Source: Nitrospirota bacterium (lineage in GTDB: Bacteria; Nitrospinota_A; UBA7883; JAJRTC01). Taken from it: a stretch of 52,281 bases of DNA. Under the pieces are notes generated by a model. That model did not search any database, had not been told where the DNA came from, and saw only the letters and a program-made list of their open reading frames with translations. Positions 19,482-27,556 of this stretch are shown piece after piece. Each line of letters begins with the position of its first letter. The first letter of the stretch is position 1. The stretch is from positions 1 through 52,281 of the forward strand of contig JAJRTC010000216.1 in assembly GCA_024278445.1 (NCBI GenBank). Reading direction: 5' to 3'. Made by a program: the position numbers and the translations under genes.

Positions 19482-20999
19482 TTATATTTTTGAAATTAGC
19501 CCTAGATACCTGGCAATTGGTATCGCCATTCGCACCACAGCACCCTCAAAAAACGGGAGGTTGATGTTGATTGCCTCACGTAAGGCAAAAAATGAGCGCA
19601 ACACAATATATGTAAATTTGCGCAATAGGTTCCTGTGTTTTGAGCCAATGCTAGCAGACAAAGCCAATAAAAACATTATTTCGTTGGGGTTATTCCATGG
19701 TAGTTTCATGGGGTCGTAATACCCTTGCCCTGGTGCCAAGGCCTTAATCCATTCATCAATAGTTTTTGGCTCGTCAAACCCGCATTCCTTGGCAAGCTCA
19801 TAAAGTTCACCCCCTGGAATAGGTCGCCACGCTTGTAGGGCAAATGTACAGTTCGGATTTATTTTGTCCAATTGGTCAATAAAGCGTAAAGTTTCGAAAC
19901 GATCTTCACGACTTTCGATTGGAAGGCCAGTCATAAAGGCCAATCCTATTTTGATATTAAAATCTTTTAGCATAGTTACAGCGCTAACAACCTGAGCATT
20001 AGTAACAGGCTTTTTTAAGTTTTTACGAACACGCTCAGAACCAGATTCAACTCCTATGCCAAGCCAAACGGCTTTTCCTTCAAGCCACTTGAGTGCCTCT
20101 CTGTTAATAAAGCCATCATTAAAGTAATTGGCAAACGCAAGTGTGAAGAACTTAAATTTCCACGCTCTTTTATCATATTCATCGCAAAAAGCTCTGAAGC
20201 GTTGTTTATTGGCAAAGAAAAGATCGTCCTGTATATGAATAACCTCAGGATCAAACTTGTCTATGATCTCTTGAAACTCATCGATCATTACTTCAGTATC
20301 TTTGGAACGCCATTTTTGTGAAGAATGATTATTTATGCAGAAGGTACATTTATAAGGACATCCACGCCCAGTGTTAACTACCCACACCTTGCCGAGCGTC
20401 ATACCAGGAACAAATTCACTTGCATCACGATATAAATACTTGTCGGGATCAATAAATGAATAATCTATACGTGGTGTGGTATTAACATCCATAAATTCGG
20501 TTTGCTCTGTAGAGTGAATAACCTTTTGGTCGTCCATGAAAATAACTTGTGGTATTTCCTTAAGATCATTCGCTCCCTGGCTAAATTTTTGTGAAATAGA
20601 AACCGCTGGAATTTCACCATCACCCACAACCGCCGCGTCTGCATATCCGGATTTTACAACTGACTCAGGGAATAGGGTCGCATGAAACCCACCCCAAACT
20701 ATTTTTATATCCGGGCGTTTATTACGTATCAAAACTGAAGCCGCCTTTGCCACATCAAGTCCTGATGTCATAGAAGAAATCCCTACCCATAACAAGTCAG
20801 GGGCCATTATTTTTTGTGCAAGGAGATCTAGATAACCGGGGTCAACCTGGCCATCAATGAGTTCGGCGACAAACCCCGCCTTTTTCAGGTTACTCGCTAT
20901 ACTCAGCAACCCTATGGGCATGCCAATTCCTGGTTCTGATCTGTTATGCCAGTACCCCAAACCGTGGGGGGTGTTAAGCAATATAACCTGAGGGCTCAT
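19482..20999 (-). CDS. B12-binding-domain radical SAM protein (class B type)
   Basis: 505 aa. The N-terminal Rossmann-like region is typical of cobalamin-binding rSAMs, and the CX3CX2C cluster is GRGCPYKCTFC. Confidence 0.8.
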   Translation of the reverse strand: MSPQVILLNTPHGLGYWHNRSEPGIGMPIGLLSIASNLKKAGFVAELIDGQVDPGYLDLLAQKIMAPDLLWVGISSMTSGLDVAKAASVLIRNKRPDIKIVWGGFHATLFPESVVKSGYADAAVVGDGEIPAVSISQKFSQGANDLKEIPQVIFMDDQKVIHSTEQTEFMDVNTTPRIDYSFIDPDKYLYRDASEFVPGMTLGKVWVVNTGRGCPYKCTFCINNHSSQKWRSKDTEVMIDEFQEIIDKFDPEVIHIQDDLFFANKQRFRAFCDEYDKRAWKFKFFTLAFANYFNDGFINREALKWLEGKAVWLGIGVESGSERVRKNLKKPVTNAQVVSAVTMLKDFNIKIGLAFMTGLPIESREDRFETLRFIDQLDKINPNCTFALQAWRPIPGGELYELAKECGFDEPKTIDEWIKALAPGQGYYDPMKLPWNNPNEIMFLLALSASIGSKHRNLLRKFTYIVLRSFFALREAININLPFFEGAVVRMAIPIARYLGLISKI

Positions 21000-21078
21000 T
21001 TAGCGTTTCGAGTAATTTTCTTTTTATTAAAAATTTTTAAAATGAAGAATTTAGCCTTAATTATGTTCTCAAGCCATT

Positions 21079-22143
21079 TTAGCTGATTTTACTGACCCAG
21101 TAACCTGAACATAAGGAGCAAATGTCCATATCTTTTTGATTTTCAAGTAGCTTCTTCCTGAAATTTTGAAATTTGAGCCCATTCCATATCTCACCAAGTT
21201 CCCGTTCCAGTAGGTTGCCCATCACCATAGTTCCTTTTGGGTCGCGACAGCATGGAGTTACCTTACCATCAGCCTGAACCACAAGCGAATAATAGATCCA
21301 AGGGCACCCACTCGGCAGGCGTTTACGGGGAATTAGAATACCGTTTGAGAAAGCATCTGGATCATATTCCCAATAGGTCGTATCGCTGGGTAGCATTTCG
21401 CGACCCTGTTCTACCGTACGTACACAAGCCCCTATTACTACCGCGTTATCAACACCGATTTTAGCCATTTGGGTGTTGAAAGTTTCCACCTCATGTTCAT
21501 TGTGTTTCATTAAAATAAAACCGCATGATACAGTCAGATCGCTTCCGAATTCATCTCGAAATTTTATTGTATCCTCAAGATTTTTTAAAACTGTAGCCAG
21601 GTTGCTTCCTATGCGGTAAACAGAATGTGTTTCCTGAGTCATCCCGCCAATTTGGAAACTTACTTCATCAAGGCCCGATTTAACCAGTTTTTCCGGGTTT
21701 ACAACATCGCCGTTGGTACAAGTGGTTATGAATGGGATTCCTTTTTGCTTGGCATAACGAATCATTTCATAGGCATTTTTGTTTAGAAAAGTTTCTCCCA
21801 TGAAATACAGCATCAGTGTATTAGTATGCGAATAAACTTTATCAACAACTATTTTAAAGTTGTTAAATTGCATGAGCTGGTTTGCCCTGCCAAGGATACC
21901 CGCACCGGTTTCACAAACAGGGCACTCAAGGTTGCAATATGATGACGGTTCAATAGTGATATTCATCGGGCGTCCTTTTATCTCTATTGCCCGAATAAGA
22001 TAAGACCAGGAAGAGAAAAAATGATCCGTTGCTCCTCGTCGCCCCAGCATGACGTAAATTACGGCATAAACTAAGCCGAAAAGACCACTTATAATTCGAT
22101 TTGACTGGAGAAAAACCAAAATCCAGTGTTTTAGTTTTTTCAT
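21079..22143 (-). CDS. Radical SAM protein with SPASM-like C-terminal Cys cluster and N-terminal TM anchor
   Basis: 354 aa. Hydrophobic N-terminus (IISGLFGLVYAVIYVML), CX3CX2C = CNLECPVC, and C-terminal CPWIYY...TPCCRD...CSLCSGY. ATGA overlap with the upstream membrane-protein gene. Confidence 0.8.
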   Translation of the reverse strand: MKKLKHWILVFLQSNRIISGLFGLVYAVIYVMLGRRGATDHFFSSWSYLIRAIEIKGRPMNITIEPSSYCNLECPVCETGAGILGRANQLMQFNNFKIVVDKVYSHTNTLMLYFMGETFLNKNAYEMIRYAKQKGIPFITTCTNGDVVNPEKLVKSGLDEVSFQIGGMTQETHSVYRIGSNLATVLKNLEDTIKFRDEFGSDLTVSCGFILMKHNEHEVETFNTQMAKIGVDNAVVIGACVRTVEQGREMLPSDTTYWEYDPDAFSNGILIPRKRLPSGCPWIYYSLVVQADGKVTPCCRDPKGTMVMGNLLERELGEIWNGLKFQNFRKKLLENQKDMDICSLCSGYWVSKIS

Positions 22144-23642
22144 TTGAGTGTTAAAGAGTACACTTTGTATTCTCCAAACTCGACTACAGTAGAGTATTTC
22201 AAACTGGAAAGAAATTTTTCTGTGTTATAGCTATCTATGGTTAAAAGGTATCTGGCACCATATTTTTTATAAAGTGTTTCAATCGGGACCATAAGCCTTG
22301 GCCATACAGGTTCCAGTTTCTTAAACCCATAACCATGCGCACCATAAAGAACCGGCTGGCGCGTTTTATATGCAACCACATCATACCAGTGAGCTGGTAG
22401 GCACATGACCACACCTTTTGGTAGACTCTTCAGATAGTCCAGAACTAATTCAAAATCACTGTCAATGCGTTGTGTTTTGCTTTCCTGAAGTTTTTGCAAA
22501 TACATCGCAATACCAGCGATATTAACAAAAAGAGCAACGCCGACACCAATCCATGTAACTGTTGAGCCTTGGTCATTAAGTATCGAAATGCCTAGTAATA
22601 GCGCCGATGGAACTGCGGTGTTATAGATATAAAGATAGCCCGCCCCAAGACATTTAAGCCATGGAATAAATGTAGTGGCAATAGCAAAAATCAATGTGTA
22701 GACAATCCACAATAATAGCCAGTTAGACATATGGGGTTGCCCGAATTTTGGCATCGCACTGATAGAGATCGTGAAAAGCAATACCCAGATTGCGGGATAA
22801 AACCCCAACAAAAATAAAGTACGTCGCTTAAAGCCCCCAAAGCCAGATCTGTGAAGCTTATTTGGAGTATCGTAACCGGGTTCTCCATATATTGGAGATT
22901 CCTTCACAGGGTTTGCGGCCAGCCATCGCCAGTTCCTGTTCCAAAAGGTAATTATATCCCAGTGAGCTATAGCCACTTTCCAATAAAAACCCTTGCTTAA
23001 AACCATCGCCATAATTATTGACAGCGGAATAAGGGCGGGAAAACGCCAATTTTCAAGACTAATTCCAGCACAGATAAATAAAAACCACATAAGCTGTGTG
23101 GTCATTTTATGAGTCAATAGCACCAATCCTGCCAAGAATACAACACTTGGCCATACCCAGAAATCATTCTCAAATACATAGCCATAAATAAGGATGATGA
23201 CTATCATATCTAGCATTAATGCACCAATCCCGCGTGGATTTAGCTGAACATTGTAGCTTATAAGTAGCGGTATCGTCGCATATATAAGTCCGGCTACGGC
23301 TACAGCAAGGATAGAGCCATTGCTGAGCATAAATGTAAAGATTAGCAATACTATCATCCTGCCGATATCAAAAAAGATAGCTATAAGGTGGCTATATTTT
23401 TCAAAAATTATTCGTGGAAGTGCCTTGAAAATAAGCGGAAACACCGGAGGATACCACTGATGGACATCAAGAGTGTATTCAGGAATTGTTGGGGGAAACT
23501 TTTTATCTTCTTTTAAACGCTCAATATAAAGCTTCCAAAACCAATGATCAATACCAAGTCCGGCTGTAAACATAAAATGAGGCAAAAGCCTAACTAATGT
23601 AGCCATAACTAGCACAGCGACTATTATAAGTATATCTTGCAT
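22140..23642 (-). CDS. Polytopic membrane protein, possibly a GT-C-fold glycosyltransferase
   Basis: 500 aa with more than 10 hydrophobic helices. The first loop has GIDHWFWKLY...HQWYPPVFPL, a pattern I associate with GT-C (GT87/DUF2029-like) enzymes. The family is unverified. Confidence 0.6.
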   Translation of the reverse strand: MQDILIIVAVLVMATLVRLLPHFMFTAGLGIDHWFWKLYIERLKEDKKFPPTIPEYTLDVHQWYPPVFPLIFKALPRIIFEKYSHLIAIFFDIGRMIVLLIFTFMLSNGSILAVAVAGLIYATIPLLISYNVQLNPRGIGALMLDMIVIILIYGYVFENDFWVWPSVVFLAGLVLLTHKMTTQLMWFLFICAGISLENWRFPALIPLSIIMAMVLSKGFYWKVAIAHWDIITFWNRNWRWLAANPVKESPIYGEPGYDTPNKLHRSGFGGFKRRTLFLLGFYPAIWVLLFTISISAMPKFGQPHMSNWLLLWIVYTLIFAIATTFIPWLKCLGAGYLYIYNTAVPSALLLGISILNDQGSTVTWIGVGVALFVNIAGIAMYLQKLQESKTQRIDSDFELVLDYLKSLPKGVVMCLPAHWYDVVAYKTRQPVLYGAHGYGFKKLEPVWPRLMVPIETLYKKYGARYLLTIDSYNTEKFLSSLKYSTVVEFGEYKVYSLTLK

Positions 23643-23783
23643 ATCTAAATTAGGGGCTGTCCCGGGTAACTAGTCAATGAATTCTTTAACCTATTGTTTT
23701 AGCTGTTTCAATGGAGCCGGTGGCTGAGGGGCGTTAAATTGCCACTCTCTATAAAACATCAAAGCCTTACCTGGGACAACCCA

Positions 23784-25283
23784 TTAAATTTTATGTATAG
23801 TTTTCTTGCTAAGCAGGGTCATAGATAACCATGCCCCACCAAGGCCAGCAAAGAGTAACATGTAACCATATCTCATACGATATAGCGTTCCAACATTACA
23901 TATGGTAAAACCATTTAAGGCAAGAAGGCCAAAGGCAAATATTATAATAATCCAAAGATCTAAGCGCCGTCTCCATTCATAAACGGCAAATAGTGCGCCA
24001 CTCAACAATATATATGATATTGTCGTCTCCACCCCGGTCATCTTTCTCATGTATGTATTAAATTTAGATGAACCTTCCGCAGCCCAGTGCTTGGGAAATG
24101 GAGAAAGTGTAGCTATCTGTAACGCGCGTGGCAAGTAAGATAATACATCCCATGCGCTTCTGAAACCTACATGATGATCGATGTTACTTTTTGAATCTGG
24201 ATAGCCTAGCCTGAACCCGTCACGAACCAAAGCTACCTGATAAAGTTTAGTCTCAATAAAATTGGGAAGTATCCCCGTTTTATCCCATATTTTTACAAGT
24301 TTGCCATCATTGTTTTCTTTAAACATATCTTGCACAATTCTGGCTCGTAACGATATTTCAACACCATCTTTGGTTTCATCTAAAATAGCTCTGTAAAAAT
24401 CTGCATTAAAATCGATATATTTATTTTGATCCAATATATTTTCTACGTGGCTATTATTCATAAGAAATCCAAACATTACGCCAAGAACCATTGCAAACCC
24501 TAAAAAAGCTCTCAGAGCAGATTTGGAAGTTATGACTTTTTGGTACCAATAAACACAGGTTGCCACCATTATCATTAGAGCTACAATAACAGAAAGGAGT
24601 TGTATTACACGTATAAGATATGGGCGCATAGCATAAATTAAACTTACCCCGACTATAATCAGAAGAAGGATTTTGATAATGGGACGTAACGAATTCCAGT
24701 TCTTTTTATCCGAAAGCAATACCCATCCATAAACGATAAGAAGAAATCCTAATATTACATAACCATCCTTGTGTATTTGTGCGTACCACATCATTGAAGA
24801 TGGAAACACTATGAAGGGGATTGATCCCAAAAAGGCAGGATAACTACTGTTTGTAAAGCGCTGGTAAAGAAGCATTAGCAAAAGACCGCTTGTCGCATGA
24901 ACAAAAGCGTTTATGGGTATCAGAACCAAAGGTTTTTTAACCGTCGTCACAGAATAAATAGCGGCGGCTATTCCAGCCGGTCCATGTGCCTGTGGGCGTA
25001 GTTCCCACGCACTCCACCCCTCAAGTTTAATTTTATCGGCTAACTTGCTTGCTATAAGGTGAAACCCTTGCTGATCGGTACCTTTTACAAGGCCGTTACC
25101 ATCATCATACTGAGGAAGAAAATATGGCAAAATGACTAATTGTAATAGCAAAGCCGCCACACATGAATAGCAAAAATAAAGACCCCAGACATGTTTTGGA
25201 GAAATACTGTGTAGCATTCCAAGTAGCACCAAAATAATAATTTGCTGATTAGTCTCAGCTGAAAAATGTATGTATTCTAGCAT
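23784..25283 (-). CDS. Polytopic membrane protein, paralog A (Wzy/WaaL-like topology)
   Basis: 499 aa. About 9 helices, then a soluble loop of about 150 aa, then 3 helices. Clearly homologous to the next gene (for example PAGIAAAIYS/PAGIASIVYT, AQIHKDGY in both, GFRLGYP/GYRLGYP). Confidence 0.7.
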   Translation of the reverse strand: MLEYIHFSAETNQQIIILVLLGMLHSISPKHVWGLYFCYSCVAALLLQLVILPYFLPQYDDGNGLVKGTDQQGFHLIASKLADKIKLEGWSAWELRPQAHGPAGIAAAIYSVTTVKKPLVLIPINAFVHATSGLLLMLLYQRFTNSSYPAFLGSIPFIVFPSSMMWYAQIHKDGYVILGFLLIVYGWVLLSDKKNWNSLRPIIKILLLIIVGVSLIYAMRPYLIRVIQLLSVIVALMIMVATCVYWYQKVITSKSALRAFLGFAMVLGVMFGFLMNNSHVENILDQNKYIDFNADFYRAILDETKDGVEISLRARIVQDMFKENNDGKLVKIWDKTGILPNFIETKLYQVALVRDGFRLGYPDSKSNIDHHVGFRSAWDVLSYLPRALQIATLSPFPKHWAAEGSSKFNTYMRKMTGVETTISYILLSGALFAVYEWRRRLDLWIIIIFAFGLLALNGFTICNVGTLYRMRYGYMLLFAGLGGAWLSMTLLSKKTIHKI

Positions 25284-25486
25284 ACGCTAGCAATGCAAAA
25301 ATAGCTTTGCCTTACAATGTGTTATAGCAGGAAGGCTTCTGTATTTCGGAGAGGTACTCTGCGGTTTATAAGTGGATTCCCCATGGTTAATTATGCTTCC
25401 TTTGGCTCAAAGTCGCGTCTATTGCAGACTTCTCCCGGCGCACAACCAGAAAAAACCGAGCGGGGCTGAGAGGTGGCCCCCATTTC

Positions 25487-27082
25487 TCATATATGCTTAC
25501 TTGGTATTTTCTGTCCCTTGCCTTTCTTAATGAAGTGTAAAGCCATGCATGAAAGACCAACCCCGGCGATCAAAAGGAGTTCACCATATCTTAGCCTGTG
25601 GAGTGTGCCTAAATTTACAATGGCTATTCCCTTTGCTACAAGCAGGCTTATCGCAAAGGAACCAGATATCCAAAAGTCCTTTTTAAAAAACCATGTTCGA
25701 GCAAACAGAAGAAGGCCTATGAGCATTACATACACCAGAATCATTTCAATTGAAGAGACAAATCGCATTAGCGTACTCAAAGAATTGCGACCTTGAGTGA
25801 ACCACATATCAGGAAATGGAGCCAATAAAGATATTTGTATGGCGCGTGGTATATAAAGAAAAACACCACCAGCACTTTTTAAGCTAATATCAACATCAAT
25901 ATTACTCCCTGCTTCAGGGTACCCAAGTCGGTACCCCTCACGAATATTGGCCAGATAATATAATTTGATTTCCAGCAGGGCAGGGATAAACTTTGTCTTA
26001 GACCAGTCCTTGATCAAACGTCCCAAATTATCATCAACATATCTTTTCTTATGCTGTTCCTTACGCAAATTCTTATGCTGTTCCTTACGCAAATTCTTAT
26101 GCTGTTCCTTACGCAAATTCTTATGCTGAAAACTCATTTTGCCTGAGTCATACTTGCGACGATCAAAACTTTGGGTGATGATGTCGAGTTCTTGTGGGTA
26201 CGTCTGCTTTGTAAGAAATGCTACATTAAAGTCAAGATTCTCCTGTTGCCCCAACTTTTGCTCCAATGGTGATAGCGGGTTTGCTATCCATGAAAAGCTG
26301 TATATTAAGAATGCAGTAGAAACTATTGCCATGACGGCGCGATATGCCGATAATCGGCCATGGCAAACCCAGAGCACTGCGGACACAAGTAGTATAAGAA
26401 AAGGAAAAACAGATATGATTTGCGCTATTTTTACAATATATGGCCTAATGGTCCATGCTATCATTGCGCCCAGAAAAACCATGCTGTAACCTAATGCCGC
26501 CCTTGGAAGTGACTGCCAGGTACGCTCATCGGTTAAACAAATCCAGCCTAGAATTATTAGGTATATTCCTAAAAAGGTGTAACCATCTTTATGGATTTGT
26601 GCACACCACATAAGAGAGGTCGGGAATACGACAAATGGAATTGAGCCGATAAATGCACTTAGATAGTTGCCTGTTATTCTCTGATAAATATGCACCAAAA
26701 TCACACCGCTTAATGCGTGCACAAGGGCATTAAGCGGGATAAGCATAGCTGGAATATTTGGTAAAAAGGTATAGACTATAGAAGCTATGCCAGCAGGCCC
26801 TTGTGACATGGGTTGCATTTGCCATGCACCCCAGCCGTACTCTTTTATACGGTTGGCCTGATCTACCGCAAGAAGGTGAATACCTTCTGAATCCAGCCCG
26901 CGAATAAGACCAATACCATTGTGGTAGGCCGGAAGCATATATGGCAACACGATAAATTGGATGAAAACGGCTACTAGAGCGGCATATATGTAAAATATGG
27001 CAAAAGTACGTAGCAAAGAGGGTCTTTCAATGGCAGGTGAAAGAAAATTGAGTTTTATAGAACTTTTTACTGTATCGATCAT
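25487..27082 (-). CDS. Polytopic membrane protein, paralog B, with (HKNLRKEQ)x3 insertion in the large loop
   Basis: 531 aa, collinear with paralog A. It contains the perfect 24-bp tandem repeat. Confidence 0.7.
   Translation of the reverse strand: MIDTVKSSIKLNFLSPAIERPSLLRTFAIFYIYAALVAVFIQFIVLPYMLPAYHNGIGLIRGLDSEGIHLLAVDQANRIKEYGWGAWQMQPMSQGPAGIASIVYTFLPNIPAMLIPLNALVHALSGVILVHIYQRITGNYLSAFIGSIPFVVFPTSLMWCAQIHKDGYTFLGIYLIILGWICLTDERTWQSLPRAALGYSMVFLGAMIAWTIRPYIVKIAQIISVFPFLILLVSAVLWVCHGRLSAYRAVMAIVSTAFLIYSFSWIANPLSPLEQKLGQQENLDFNVAFLTKQTYPQELDIITQSFDRRKYDSGKMSFQHKNLRKEQHKNLRKEQHKNLRKEQHKKRYVDDNLGRLIKDWSKTKFIPALLEIKLYYLANIREGYRLGYPEAGSNIDVDISLKSAGGVFLYIPRAIQISLLAPFPDMWFTQGRNSLSTLMRFVSSIEMILVYVMLIGLLLFARTWFFKKDFWISGSFAISLLVAKGIAIVNLGTLHRLRYGELLLIAGVGLSCMALHFIKKGKGQKIPSKHI
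26047..26128 (-). repeat. Perfect 24-bp tandem repeat, 3.4 copies, in frame inside the CDS
   Basis: tcttatgctgttccttacgcaaat occurs at 26047-26070, 26071-26094 and 26095-26118, with a partial copy to 26128. The minus strand encodes HKNLRKEQ three times. Confidence 0.95.
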
Positions 27083-27375
27083 TACTATTTAAAGTAGCGC
27101 AAAATTGATCATTATACTTAAATGATAGCTGGCTTTAAGACTATTTATTGTAAAAGTATTTTATCAAACAGTTATCTGCAATTTTGCTGTATTTTTTTAG
27201 TGGTATCCAGCACATTTTATTATATTCGGGCTTTACTTTAGTCTCTTCAATGTTTCAGAGGTTTCGCAGGTTCTATACCTAAGGGTTTTGTGGTATAAAA
27301 TAGCCTGTTTCTGATGGCGCAAAAACGTAGCGTTTTTACGCTACTGCCTATTAGACGCCTATTAATAAAAGAGTT

Positions 27376-27452
27376 GCGCCCGTAGCTCAGCTGGATAGAG
27401 CATCGGACTTCTAATCCGGGGGTCGCAGGTTCGAATCCTGCCGGGCGTACCA
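27376..27452 (+). tRNA. tRNA-Arg (anticodon TCT)
   Basis: Cloverleaf folded by hand. Acceptor GCGCCCG/CGGGCGT, D-arm GCTC-AGCTGGATA-GAGC, anticodon arm TCGGA-CTTCTAA-TCCGG, T-arm GCAGG-TTCGAAT-CCTGC, and an encoded ACCA tail. Confidence 0.93.
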
Positions 27453-27483
27453 ATACTAGGCGTAGTCAAAAAAAGTCAAATTA

Positions 27484-27512
27484 TTGACAAACTTTAGGGC
27501 ATATCTCACAAT
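27484..27512 (+). promoter_or_regulatory. Sigma-70-type promoter for the lysA-dap operon
   Basis: TTGACA (27484-27489), a 17-nt spacer, then CACAAT (27507-27512), about 45 nt before the lysA ATG. Confidence 0.5.
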
Positions 27513-27556
27513 GGCAAGTTCACATTCTATTTTCAACCGCAGGTAGTCGAAACAAA

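Noticed and set aside
23643-25486. RiPP precursor peptides for the radical-SAM/SPASM enzyme: a 22-codon MFYREWQFNAPQPPAPLKQLKQ frame in 23643-23783 and a 19-codon MGNPLINRRVPLRNTEAFLL frame in 25284-25486, both minus strand.
   Set aside because: Neither has a Shine-Dalgarno or any Cys-, Ser- or Thr-rich core. Both sit between membrane-protein genes and are not next to the rSAM genes.
26047-26128. Possible CRISPR array.
   Set aside because: The repeats are directly contiguous with no spacers and only 3.4 copies. They lie in frame inside a conserved membrane-protein CDS, and there are no cas genes.
27247-27453. 68-aa ORF on the minus strand.
   Set aside because: It is the reverse complement of tRNA-Arg and its upstream spacer (…GFEPATPGLEVRCSIQLSY is a typical anti-tRNA translation).
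27453-27556. Lysine riboswitch ahead of lysA.
   Set aside because: The leader after the putative -10 is only about 45 nt, far too short for an L-box.
17366-27556. att-type direct repeats or an integrase marking the AT-rich block as a classical tRNA-integrated island.
   Set aside because: No integrase or recombinase ORF is present and no copy of the tRNA 3' end occurs at the far border. The block lies 5' of the tRNA, not at its 3' end. The only shared edge string I saw (agacgcct, near 17371 and 27354) is an 8-mer, which is expected by chance.
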